Below, piece after piece: positions 28,231 through 36,655 of a DNA stretch of 64,000 nt. Numbering within the stretch: the first letter of the stretch is position 1; the number at the start of each line of letters is the position of its first letter. Origin of the DNA: an uncultured Acidobacteriota bacterium. GTDB taxonomy: Bacteria > Acidobacteriota > Thermoanaerobaculia > Gp7-AA8. The translations under genes were made by a program, and so were the position numbers. The notes beneath the pieces were generated by a model. The model saw nothing but the letters and a program-made list of their open reading frames with translations, was not told the origin of the DNA and made no database searches. Where the stretch lies: NCBI GenBank assembly GCA_937870635.1, contig CALMZP010000083.1:5100-69099 (forward strand), in the 5' to 3' direction.

Positions 28231-28268
28231 ACCCGTCACTCGTCACTCCCAAGGTCAGGTTCCAGAGG

Positions 28269-28643
28269 CTACGAGGACGACTTCCGAATGACCTGGGCCA
28301 TCGTGGCCGCCATCGTCTTCGCCGAGAACGGCTTCGGCGCGACCAGGCGCACTTCCGGGAAGTAGTCGACCAGTTCCGACTGGTAATCCTTCAGGAAGCG
28401 GGTCATGACGATGACAGGCACCTTGTGGCTGTTCGCGCGAAGGACGTCGAGAATCTGCAGGCCATGTCCGTCGGGGAGAAGAAGATCGAGGAGGATGCCG
28501 TCGAACTTGCCATGCTCGAGAGCCATCACGGCTGCAGTCGCCGTAGGCGCGAACTCGGTGTCCAGCGACTGAGCGCGAAACGCGTCGTCGATTTCGGCTA
28601 CGAGCGTGGAATCGTCTTCCACGACGAGAACATGCGGGCTCAT
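28269..28643 (-). CDS. Single-domain response regulator
   Basis: VLVVEDD, LLDLLLPDGHG, PVIVMT, KPF. Confidence 0.88.
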   Translation of the reverse strand: MSPHVLVVEDDSTLVAEIDDAFRAQSLDTEFAPTATAAVMALEHGKFDGILLDLLLPDGHGLQILDVLRANSHKVPVIVMTRFLKDYQSELVDYFPEVRLVAPKPFSAKTMAATMAQVIRKSSS

Positions 28644-28661
28644 CCGGAGTCCCCTTATAGC

Positions 28662-28690
28662 AAAAAAAAGCGCCCGCGGGGCGGGCGCTT
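28662..28690 (-). terminator. Intrinsic terminator of the CsgG-like gene
   Basis: Minus strand: aagcgcccgc-cc-cgcgggcgc followed by T8. Confidence 0.8.
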
Positions 28691-28714
28691 GTCGAAGTTC
28701 ATTGCTGGTGCGGA

Positions 28715-29419
28715 TCAGTCGAGTTTGATCGACTTCTTGGTCTTCTCGCGGCGGGAGGTGTCCTTCTGGTCGAACTCCTCCATGCAGTCGTCCTGGTCGA
28801 CCATGGCGCAGGTGAGGTAATCCGCGATCTCGATGATCACGCCGCGGATCGCCTTGCCGGCCGGCGTCTTCTCGTGCTTCGCGAGGTTGCCGCCGAATCC
28901 ACCGCGATAGAGGCCAAGGTTAATGCCCTTCCCGGTGGAGCGCGCTTCGACGCTACGCGAATACTCGATGTCGCCGGTGGTCGTGTCGACGACGCGCAGG
29001 TCGACTGCGATGTAGGCGTCCTGCTTCTTGCCGCCGACGTTGATGCCGCGGAAGCTGATTCCGCCGCCCGTGCCCGCGGTGTTTTCCTCGAACGAGGAGA
29101 CCGTTGCGAAGATGAGGTATTTCGCGCCGGTGACTTTGCCGGCCTTCACTCGCGTGGCTTTGTTGACCCGGCCGGACTCGGAGAGGTCCTGCTCGGCGAG
29201 GATCTTGTCGAGTTTCTCGCGCTCGACGACACGGAACTTGCCCGTGGCCGCGAGCTCGTTGCTCAGCATGCCCGCCAGTTCCCGACCCACGCCGCCATAC
29301 CACCAGCCGGCGCTCGTCTCGTTGGTGAATTCCGCGACGCCTACCGCAGGATCAGCGGCAAACGCAGAAAAAGACATCAGAAGAAGAAGCAGGGACACAG
29401 AAAGCACGGACGTACGCAT
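28715..29419 (-). CDS. CsgG/HfaB-family secreted protein
   Basis: Signal peptide, VGVAEF, FRVVEREKLDKILAEQDL, GAKYLI, VDLRVVDTTTG. Confidence 0.85.
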   Translation of the reverse strand: MRTSVLSVSLLLLLMSFSAFAADPAVGVAEFTNETSAGWWYGGVGRELAGMLSNELAATGKFRVVEREKLDKILAEQDLSESGRVNKATRVKAGKVTGAKYLIFATVSSFEENTAGTGGGISFRGINVGGKKQDAYIAVDLRVVDTTTGDIEYSRSVEARSTGKGINLGLYRGGFGGNLAKHEKTPAGKAIRGVIIEIADYLTCAMVDQDDCMEEFDQKDTSRREKTKKSIKLD

Positions 29420-29535
29420 TTGATCTCCTCGGTTGTAAATGGATGGACCCCGAAATTGGAAATAACAGTATAACCCGACCCCCGGCCCGGCCGTGAGCCC
29501 CCTCACGGTCTGTGGTCAGCTTCAGTGATCAGCGG

Positions 29536-30402
29536 TCAGTGATCCGTGGTCTGCCCACGGCCCAGTCCGCTCATGGCGTCGTCCCAGAACTCGACCCGGT
29601 TCCGACCATGCTCCTTGGCGATGTACAGCGCCTTGTCGGCGCGGTCGATGAGCCCCGCGCCCGTGATGACGGTGTCGCTCGATTCGATGCCGGCCACGCC
29701 GATCGACGCCGTGACGACGACGGACGCGCCCGGCACGTCGACGCCCGTCATCTCGAGCCGTTCACGGATCCGGTTTGCGACGACGGACGTGTTGTCGAGC
29801 TTCGTCTCCGGCAGAAGGATGCAGAATTCCTCGCCGCCGTATCGCCCCGGCACGTCGTAGACACGGCAGCTTTCCCGAAGCAGCTTTCCGACCGATTGCA
29901 GGACCTGGTCGCCGGCCATGTGTCCGTACGTGTCGTTCACGTTCTTGAAATGATCGATGTCCAGCATCATCAGGGAGAGCGGTGCGCCATGGCGCAGCGA
30001 CCGGTTGATCTCGGCCTCGATCTTGTCCATCACGTACCAGCGGTTGTACAGACCGGTGAGCGAGTCGCGCGACGAGTTTTCGGAAAGAATCCGGTGCTTG
30101 ACGATCAGGTCGAGATTCTCGCGCTCGAGCCGGTTGACCCGGACCTGGAGCTCCTGCACGCGCACGGTGTTCTCTTCGGCGTGCCGGATCAGGTCGAAAA
30201 TCTCGTAGATGAGGTGGCGTTCGGCTTCGCTGAATGGCGCCCCACCCGCGGAGACCACGCTCAGATGGGGCAGCGGAAGGTGAACGGTGAATGCATCGGT
30301 TCGTTCCGCGCTCTGGCTGTCCACCACACGGAGCGGTTTCCTGAGCAGCGACGAAAGGGGGGCGAGGATGCGCGCGCCTGCCACATCGATGTCACGGGAC
30401 AT
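29536..30402 (-). CDS. Diguanylate cyclase (GGDEF)
   Basis: DSLTGLYNR, DIDHFKNVNDTYGH, RVYD I-site, RYGGEEF. Confidence 0.93.
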   Translation of the reverse strand: MSRDIDVAGARILAPLSSLLRKPLRVVDSQSAERTDAFTVHLPLPHLSVVSAGGAPFSEAERHLIYEIFDLIRHAEENTVRVQELQVRVNRLERENLDLIVKHRILSENSSRDSLTGLYNRWYVMDKIEAEINRSLRHGAPLSLMMLDIDHFKNVNDTYGHMAGDQVLQSVGKLLRESCRVYDVPGRYGGEEFCILLPETKLDNTSVVANRIRERLEMTGVDVPGASVVVTASIGVAGIESSDTVITGAGLIDRADKALYIAKEHGRNRVEFWDDAMSGLGRGQTTDH

Positions 30403-30478
30403 TGTTTGTCTCCTGGGAGGCCGCGAAGTATATGCGACGCTCGAGGCCGCCGCCAGCCTTCGATTTTGGTGAAAGGAA

Positions 30479-31432
30479 TCAGGCCCGCTGCTCGATGCGA
30501 AACCGGTTCACGCCCGCGCGGATCTCGTCCCCGCGCTGCACCTTCGTGTTCCGTGCAGGAAGTGTGTTGAGAAAGGTCCCGTTGCGGCTGCCGAGGTCGC
30601 GGACGCGAACCGTGCCGTCGGGATCGGCGATCACTTCGAAATGCTTGCGCGAGAGGAATTCGTCAGGAACCTGTACGTGACCTTCGCGGCCTACGATGAG
30701 GCCCGTCGCCGGAATCTCGAACTCCTGTCCGACGAGAGGCCCGTCGACGCAGACGAGCATGTTGCGTTTGCCGGCCCCCCCCTCGCGGGCCTTGCGCTCC
30801 AGCACGCGAAGGACCGAATCGTCGAACACATCGCTGTCGGCCAGCGCGATCGGCTCGACGGCCTTTCCGGGTTCCTCCGTGGGCTCGATGCTCACCAGAG
30901 CCGATCCGCAGCGCAGGAGATGCACTCCTTCGGCGAGGGTCGCTTCGGTGATCCGCTCGCCATCGAGGAACGTGCCCATGTGCGAGTCGGCATCGCGCAC
31001 GACGATCTCTCCGTTGCGGAGTGAGATCGAGCAGTGACGGATGTCGAGCTCTGCTTCCTCCAGCTCGATGTGCGATCCCTTCCGGCCGATCCACAGCGGA
31101 TGCTGACCGAGCGTGAACACGGTACTCATCGATTCGTTGACACCGCGCGCGACGATGCGCACCGAGCGGCTCACCATCTCGGCAGCGCTCATCGCCTCGG
31201 GCTCGTCGGAGATCTCCTCGAACGGCGAGGACTTCTGTTCGTCGACGCGGTAACCCTGCAGATCGACTTCCTTGATCTTGCCGGGATCGAGCATGCGCGC
31301 CAGGAGGGCCGCCTTGTTGCCGGCGATCCATTCGCCGCAATGACAGGTGGCGATGGAGTTGGGCAGCCGGACTGCGACCACGCCCGGAACGTCGTAGGCC
31401 TGGCCGCATTTCGGACAGCGGATGAGCGGCAT
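30479..31432 (-). CDS. Zinc-ribbon plus double FHA-domain protein
   Basis: CPKC...CHC; IGR...RHC...DADSHMGTF; VGR...SRKH...DLGSRNGTFLN. Confidence 0.85.
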   Translation of the reverse strand: MPLIRCPKCGQAYDVPGVVAVRLPNSIATCHCGEWIAGNKAALLARMLDPGKIKEVDLQGYRVDEQKSSPFEEISDEPEAMSAAEMVSRSVRIVARGVNESMSTVFTLGQHPLWIGRKGSHIELEEAELDIRHCSISLRNGEIVVRDADSHMGTFLDGERITEATLAEGVHLLRCGSALVSIEPTEEPGKAVEPIALADSDVFDDSVLRVLERKAREGGAGKRNMLVCVDGPLVGQEFEIPATGLIVGREGHVQVPDEFLSRKHFEVIADPDGTVRVRDLGSRNGTFLNTLPARNTKVQRGDEIRAGVNRFRIEQRA

Positions 31433-31452
31433 GGGCGAATGATAGAACACCG

Positions 31453-31619
31453 GGTGCTTGGTGCTTGGTGCTTGGTGCTGCGATGCGGGTCAGCCACGTC
31501 ATCCCGAGGCGCGAAGACGCCGAAGGACCCCCAGGATGCGAAGATCGCGTCGATCGAGGCCCTTCTCTGTCTACGCGGCTCAGGGTGACGTGATCACCAA
31601 GCACCAAGCACAAAGCACC
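31453..31619. repeat. Composite element: (GGTGCTT)n arm, CGTC-REP palindrome, (AAGCACC)n arm
   Basis: Arms 31453-31479 and 31595-31619; cacgtcatcccgagg...ctcagggtgacgtg core 31495-31592. Confidence 0.85.
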
Positions 31620-31655
31620 GAGACTCAGCACCTGCGCTACACTCCCGGTGGTCTC

Positions 31656-33743
31656 ATGCTGGTACCGGAAGAACAGGGGCAGGGGGCGGTTGGCGCCGGG
31701 ATGCGCACGAAGTTCATCGTGGCCTTCGCGGTGCAAACGATCTTCATCGCGGTCGCCATCGTTGTCCTTCAGCAGTGGCTCGTCAGGCGCGCGATGCAGC
31801 GGCAGACGGTCGACCAGGGGCGGGCCATCGCCAACACGGTCGACTCCACCGCTTCGTACTACGTTCTTTTCGGTCTCACCGACGATCTGAAGAACATCAC
31901 CACGGAACTGAAACGGAACACATCGATCGAGTATGCCGACTTCATCGGCGCCGACCGCTCGATCTTCGCCGCGACGCATCCCGAGGTTCCCGAGAGCGTG
32001 AAGACCGCGCCGGTCCGGAGGACCGACGGCCTGCCCGTCGGTGGCGGCCTTCATTACTTCATCGTCCCTTTCTACGAATCGCGTGCTGATGCCGCGAATC
32101 CGGCGACGCTGCCGCGCGGCTACTTCAGGCTTCTCACCAATGACAGCCACGCGACCGCGGCGATCGCCGATCTGCAGAAGTGGACGATCGGCACGGTGGT
32201 TGGCGCACTGGCGCTTTCCATCGCCCTGGCCTACTTCGCCGCGACGTTTTTCATCCGCCCCATTCTCAGCCTGGCCGGAACCGCGCAGCAGATCGCCCAG
32301 GGCGATCTGACGCAGCGCGCGGCCGTGCCTTCGACCGACGAAGTCGGAATTCTGGCCGAGGCGTTCAACTCGATGTCGGCGAATCTCGAACGGACCGTGC
32401 GGAGCGTCCTTCAGTCGCAGGCTAAGCTGAAATCGGTCGTCGAGACGGTCGACAGCCGTTCGCGCACGATGATCGATCGTGTCGACGAGCAGCGTTCCAT
32501 CATCGACGAGACGTCTCACTCGATCGACCGCCTCAACAGCGGTGTCCGCAAGATCACGGACAACGTCGAGGCGCTTTCTGCATCTTCGGAGGAGACATCG
32601 TCCTCGATGCTGGAGATGGTTGCTTCGATGGAAGAAGTCAGCCGGCATACGGACACGCTCTGGAGCTCCGTCGAGGAGACGGCCTCCGCCACTCACGAAA
32701 TGGTGTCGAGCATCAACGAGGTCGATCAGAACGTGGTCTACCTCCGCAACTTCGTCACCGAGACCTCGTCGTCGATGGTCGAGATGAGCGCGTCGATCGC
32801 CGAGGTGGAGTCGAACGCGGCGACGTCGTACGATCTGGCGCTCGCCGTTGCCGACGCGGCCGAATCGGGAATGAAGGCCGTTCGCGAGACCATCGAAGGG
32901 ATGGAGCAGATCCGCCGCTCCGTCGCTGAATCCAACGCGGTCGTCTCCCGCCTCGGCGACCGCTCCCTCGCCATCGGCAGGATCCTCAACGTCATAGAAG
33001 ACATCGCCGAGCAGACGAACCTGCTGGCACTGAACGCGGCGATCCTCGCTGCCCAGGCCGGCGAGTACGGCAAAGGGTTCTCGGTGGTGGCCGCGGAGAT
33101 TCGCGAGCTCTCCGAACGGACCGCGTCATCGACGCGCGACATCGGCGCGCTGATCAAGTCCGTGCAGGAAGAAGTCGGCAACGCGTCGAAGACGATGACC
33201 TCCGGATCGGGCCTCGTCGAAGAAGGCGTGAAGCTCTCCCACGAGGCGGGCCGCGCCCTCACACGCATCCTCGACTCCGCATCCAAAGCTTCGGGCATGG
33301 GCAAGGAGATCGCCAACGCGACGCGCGAGCAGGCCGTCGGAAGCGAGACCGTGACCCGCTCGGTCGAGCGGCTGCAGGAAATGGTGCGGCAGATCAGCGC
33401 CGCCACGGCGCAGCAGGCCGCCGGCTCGGACCATATCCTCAAGGCCGTCGAATCGATGCGCGAGGTGACGAAGTACGTGCGCCAGGCGATGGTCGAGCAG
33501 AAATCGGGTTCGACGATGATCTCGACAGCGACCGAGCGGATGATCGAGATGATCCACGAGATCTTCCAGGTCGCCGCCAATCAGGCCGGTGAGAGCGAGA
33601 AGATCGTCTCGATCATGGAGCAGGTGAAGATGATCGCCGAGGGGAATCGGACTTCGGCAGGCGACATGAGCGAGGCCATCTCGCTGCTCAACGAGGCCAT
33701 TCGCAGCCTCGACGACGAAGTGCGCAAGTTCCGGGTGCACTGA
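31656..33743 (+). CDS. Methyl-accepting chemotaxis protein (2 TM, HAMP, long signalling domain)
   Basis: IAEQTNLLALNAAILAAQAGEYGKGFSVVAAEIRELSER; HAMP DEVGILAEAFN; start 31656 or 31701. Confidence 0.93.
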   Translation: MLVPEEQGQGAVGAGMRTKFIVAFAVQTIFIAVAIVVLQQWLVRRAMQRQTVDQGRAIANTVDSTASYYVLFGLTDDLKNITTELKRNTSIEYADFIGADRSIFAATHPEVPESVKTAPVRRTDGLPVGGGLHYFIVPFYESRADAANPATLPRGYFRLLTNDSHATAAIADLQKWTIGTVVGALALSIALAYFAATFFIRPILSLAGTAQQIAQGDLTQRAAVPSTDEVGILAEAFNSMSANLERTVRSVLQSQAKLKSVVETVDSRSRTMIDRVDEQRSIIDETSHSIDRLNSGVRKITDNVEALSASSEETSSSMLEMVASMEEVSRHTDTLWSSVEETASATHEMVSSINEVDQNVVYLRNFVTETSSSMVEMSASIAEVESNAATSYDLALAVADAAESGMKAVRETIEGMEQIRRSVAESNAVVSRLGDRSLAIGRILNVIEDIAEQTNLLALNAAILAAQAGEYGKGFSVVAAEIRELSERTASSTRDIGALIKSVQEEVGNASKTMTSGSGLVEEGVKLSHEAGRALTRILDSASKASGMGKEIANATREQAVGSETVTRSVERLQEMVRQISAATAQQAAGSDHILKAVESMREVTKYVRQAMVEQKSGSTMISTATERMIEMIHEIFQVAANQAGESEKIVSIMEQVKMIAEGNRTSAGDMSEAISLLNEAIRSLDDEVRKFRVH

Positions 33744-34225
33744 TGGCCGACGGAGCGAACGGGCTTCGCCTCATCACGTTCAGGGTCGGGCCGGAGACCT
33801 TCGTCGTGGACATCATGGCCGTCCGCCAGATCATTCCTTACAGTGGATCGACCTCCGTCCCCACTGCACCGTCGTTCGTGGAGGGAGTGATCATCGTGAG
33901 GAACGACGTCATCCCCGTCGTCGACCTCCGCCGTCGTCTCTATCCGGATCTCGGCACAACCGACCGGGAGCCGCTTGTGCTCATCACGCATTCGACCGCC
34001 GGCACGATCGGCCTGAAGGTCGATGCGGTGCGGCGCATCATCAACGTCTCTCGCGACAAGCTGCTGCCGCCGCCGCCGCTGATCCGCGGTATCCGCGGAG
34101 AGCTGCTCATCGCGCTCATTCCGCACGGCGAAGAGGTCTACCTGCTCATCGATCTCGAAAGCGTGCTGACGGGCGACGAGCGCAGGGAGCTGGCCGATGC
34201 GCGGCTGCAGGGGAAGGCGGACTAG
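33743..34225 (+). CDS. cheW: CheW-like coupling protein
   Basis: LITFRVG, VPTAPSFVEGVI, IPVVDLRR, GLKVDAV. Confidence 0.88.
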   Translation: MADGANGLRLITFRVGPETFVVDIMAVRQIIPYSGSTSVPTAPSFVEGVIIVRNDVIPVVDLRRRLYPDLGTTDREPLVLITHSTAGTIGLKVDAVRRIINVSRDKLLPPPPLIRGIRGELLIALIPHGEEVYLLIDLESVLTGDERRELADARLQGKAD

Positions 34226-34231
34226 GCCGTT

Positions 34232-34376
34232 TGGATCCTGGACCCTGGACCTTGGAATTGAGAGTCGAATGAGTACTCACGTCATCCTCGGCCGCGAAGA
34301 CGGTCGAAGGACCTCCGGTTCCGCTCTGGATTGTTTCACAGCCTCTCAGTGTGGCGCCGGCGCCCTCGCCGGCGCC
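34232..34376. repeat. Repeat cluster: degenerate (TGGACCT)n arm, CGTC-REP half, GTGG-REP
   Basis: tggatcc tggaccc tggacct tggaatt (34232-34259); cacgtcatcctcggcc...gaaggacctcc (34278-34316); gtggcgccggcgccctcgccggcgcc (34351-34376). Confidence 0.75.
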
Positions 34377-34384
34377 CGAGAAGC

Positions 34385-35254
34385 TCACTCGCGAATGGCC
34401 TGAACGATCCACCCGTCGCCGGTCAGGTTGTCAACAGTGGCGCCGTAGGCACTCCACATGCCGGGCGTTCCCTGCGGAATCACGCTGGCCAGGAGTGGTC
34501 CCCAATTTCCAGCGGGAACGCCCACCTGGGCCATCGAGCAGCTCGGAACATCGAATGTCGCCGTTCCCGGCCCCTGCGTTGTGAGACCGTAGATTTCAGC
34601 TACAAATCTCTGCGGCACGCCTGAGCTGTCGAGGTTCACGACCCCGACATTCGTTCGATATTGCGCGTCGTGGCGGAGACCGATGATGTAGGTGCGAACC
34701 GCGCCGGAGAGGTCGCTCGCCGATACACCGGGGAAAGGCATGGAAACGGATCCGGAGGCGTTCGGCTGCAGCGTCCAGATTCGGGAAACAGCATCGATCC
34801 GAGCGTTCGGATCGACGGCGCCGGCGGCCGTAACTCCGACGATGAGCAGCGCTCCAAGCCCGCTGGCATTCAGCGTCTTGCCGACGAAGTCATCGTAATA
34901 CCGCCAACCCGAACCGAGGTCGATGATCCTCGTCGGATTATTGCAGTTGTTCGCGCCGCTCGGCATCCAGGCGACTTCGACTCGTTGAGACGTCCGGTAA
35001 TTGATCAGCGAAAGGTCCGTTCGGAAGTGTGTCCCGCCCGCGCCGGGCGTGTTGCCGGCCGCCGGAATCAGGACGGCCCCGGCGGGACGATTCGTCGAAA
35101 CGACCGCCGCTCGGAACGAGGCGTCGAAATCGCGGAGCTCGTCGACGAGTTCTCCGACGGTTCTGCCACTGTGAGCGAATTGCGCCTCCGATGGGAACGC
35201 CCAGCCGGCGATGAAGACGAAAACAACGTAGAGCGATGCGCGTTTTGAGGTCAT
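34385..35254 (-). CDS. Secreted protein of unknown function, probable output gene of the adjacent ECF sigma
   Basis: Signal peptide, RBS gaggag; beta-rich domain similar to the C-terminus of 54888..56504. Confidence 0.75.
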   Translation of the reverse strand: MTSKRASLYVVFVFIAGWAFPSEAQFAHSGRTVGELVDELRDFDASFRAAVVSTNRPAGAVLIPAAGNTPGAGGTHFRTDLSLINYRTSQRVEVAWMPSGANNCNNPTRIIDLGSGWRYYDDFVGKTLNASGLGALLIVGVTAAGAVDPNARIDAVSRIWTLQPNASGSVSMPFPGVSASDLSGAVRTYIIGLRHDAQYRTNVGVVNLDSSGVPQRFVAEIYGLTTQGPGTATFDVPSCSMAQVGVPAGNWGPLLASVIPQGTPGMWSAYGATVDNLTGDGWIVQAIRE

Positions 35255-35304
35255 TCCTGTTCTCCTCGCTGCGAATTTGGGCAGCTATCAACAACTCCCA
35301 TGCA

Positions 35305-35337
35305 GCGAATACGTGCGGCATGGCATTTCGGAATAAC
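35305..35337 (-). promoter_or_regulatory. Putative ECF-sigma promoter for 34385..35254
   Basis: GTTATTCCG-N11-CGCACGTATTCGC on the minus strand. Confidence 0.65.
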
Positions 35338-35389
35338 TTGACGTCATCGCTTCATGAGCATACTTTTTCGGAAACCACAATCAATCAAT

Positions 35390-35422
35390 GTTGTTCCGTG
35401 CCGCCGCCTCGCACGTATCCGC
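35390..35422 (+). promoter_or_regulatory. Putative autoregulatory ECF-sigma promoter
   Basis: GTTGTTCCG-N11-CGCACGTATCCGC immediately before ATG 35424. Confidence 0.65.
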
Positions 35423-35423
35423 C

Positions 35424-35885
35424 ATGGGAGACTTTGAAGATCTCTACGAACAGCACGTGAATGCCGTCTTCCGGTTCAGCCTGAGCTGCGTCGGTCGCCG
35501 GGACGTCGCCGAAGACATCACCAGCGAAGCCTTTCTCGCTCTTTATCGAAAGCTGGACGAGATCGATCGGAATCAATTGCCGGCATGGCTGCTCACGGTG
35601 GCGAAGAATCGGGCCCGCGACTACTGGCGGCATCGCCAGGTGGAGGAGCGGCACACCCAGCAGCCGGCGACGACGCAGGAGCCTTCCATCACATCTCTGG
35701 AGAAGCTGTTGGCCGATGCGACTGTGCTCAAACCGGTTCACCGGCTTTGCCTCAAGCTTCGCTATGTCTACGGCATGTCGCTGTCCGAGATTACAGTGCA
35801 GACGGGCTTGTCCGAAACACAGGTGAAGGGTCACCTCCAGTACGGACGCCGGCTGCTGCGAGAGCAGTATCGGAAGGTGTCGTGA
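35424..35885 (+). CDS. ECF RNA polymerase sigma factor
   Basis: FEDLYEQH, VAEDITSEAF, WLLTVAKN..RDYWR (region 2), LRYVYGMSLSEI..TGLSETQVKGHL (region 4); alternative start 35388. Confidence 0.92.
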   Translation: MGDFEDLYEQHVNAVFRFSLSCVGRRDVAEDITSEAFLALYRKLDEIDRNQLPAWLLTVAKNRARDYWRHRQVEERHTQQPATTQEPSITSLEKLLADATVLKPVHRLCLKLRYVYGMSLSEITVQTGLSETQVKGHLQYGRRLLREQYRKVS

Positions 35886-36649
35886 TGGTGAACCGCGCAC
35901 CGGTCTTCGATCCTGACGAGCAGCAATTCATGGAGGAGTTCGGCTTGAGGCCGCGTGAGGGCAGTTGTCCTCCGCTCGACCAGCTGCTCGCTGCGAACGC
36001 CGGCGCGATGTCCGGCGCTCATCTCGAGACCTGCGCCTCGTGCGCTGCGCTGGTCCGCGATTTCACGTCGAGCGAAGCGGCTGATCTGCAACCGCCGGAG
36101 AAGGAGCGAATTCGCACTCGCGTCCGCGACCGCATCAGGACCGACCGCCGCCGCGCCCTCGCCATACCGCTCGCCATCGCCGCGGCCGTGGCGATCGTCG
36201 TCATCGGTCTCTCGCTCTGGTCGCCGCCTCGCCCCGCGGATGCCCCGCCCCGATCGACACCCGTCGCGGCAACGGCCGGCGAGGGCGCCGTCGCCACACG
36301 GAGAACGCCGCCGTCCGTGCCCGCTCGAGCGCTCGAGCCCGCGCCGGTGCGATTGCCGGCGGCGATGCTCACCTGGCGCAACGATGCCGATCGCCAGTTC
36401 GCCGGCGACTTCGGCCCCGCCATCGCGCTCTACCGCGACGCAAAATACGCCGAGGCGGCGGAGCAATTCGAGCAGGTCTCCAGACGCCATCCCTCCTCCG
36501 CTGAGGCCTTCTTCTACCTTGGCGTCTCACAACTGTTCCTGCGACGTCACGCCGATGCGATCGCAAACCTGCAGCGCGCGAGACAGCTCGATCGCGGTGC
36601 ACTGTCGGATCTCATCGACCGGTATCTCGCATTTGCGCACCAAAGGTGA
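35885..36649 (+). CDS. Membrane-anchored zinc-finger anti-sigma factor with C-terminal TPR domain
   Basis: HLETCASC (HxxxCxxC), TM helix ALAIPLAIAAAVAIVVIGLSLW, Pro-rich linker, TPR-like C-terminus; overlaps the sigma stop codon. Confidence 0.78.
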   Translation: MVNRAPVFDPDEQQFMEEFGLRPREGSCPPLDQLLAANAGAMSGAHLETCASCAALVRDFTSSEAADLQPPEKERIRTRVRDRIRTDRRRALAIPLAIAAAVAIVVIGLSLWSPPRPADAPPRSTPVAATAGEGAVATRRTPPSVPARALEPAPVRLPAAMLTWRNDADRQFAGDFGPAIALYRDAKYAEAAEQFEQVSRRHPSSAEAFFYLGVSQLFLRRHADAIANLQRARQLDRGALSDLIDRYLAFAHQR

Positions 36650-36655
36650 AACCCC

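Noticed and set aside
25807..28260. Prophage immunity region (XRE, LexA-like repressor, AT-richer DNA)
   Set aside because: No integrase or phage structural genes; the repressor has a canonical LexA layout.
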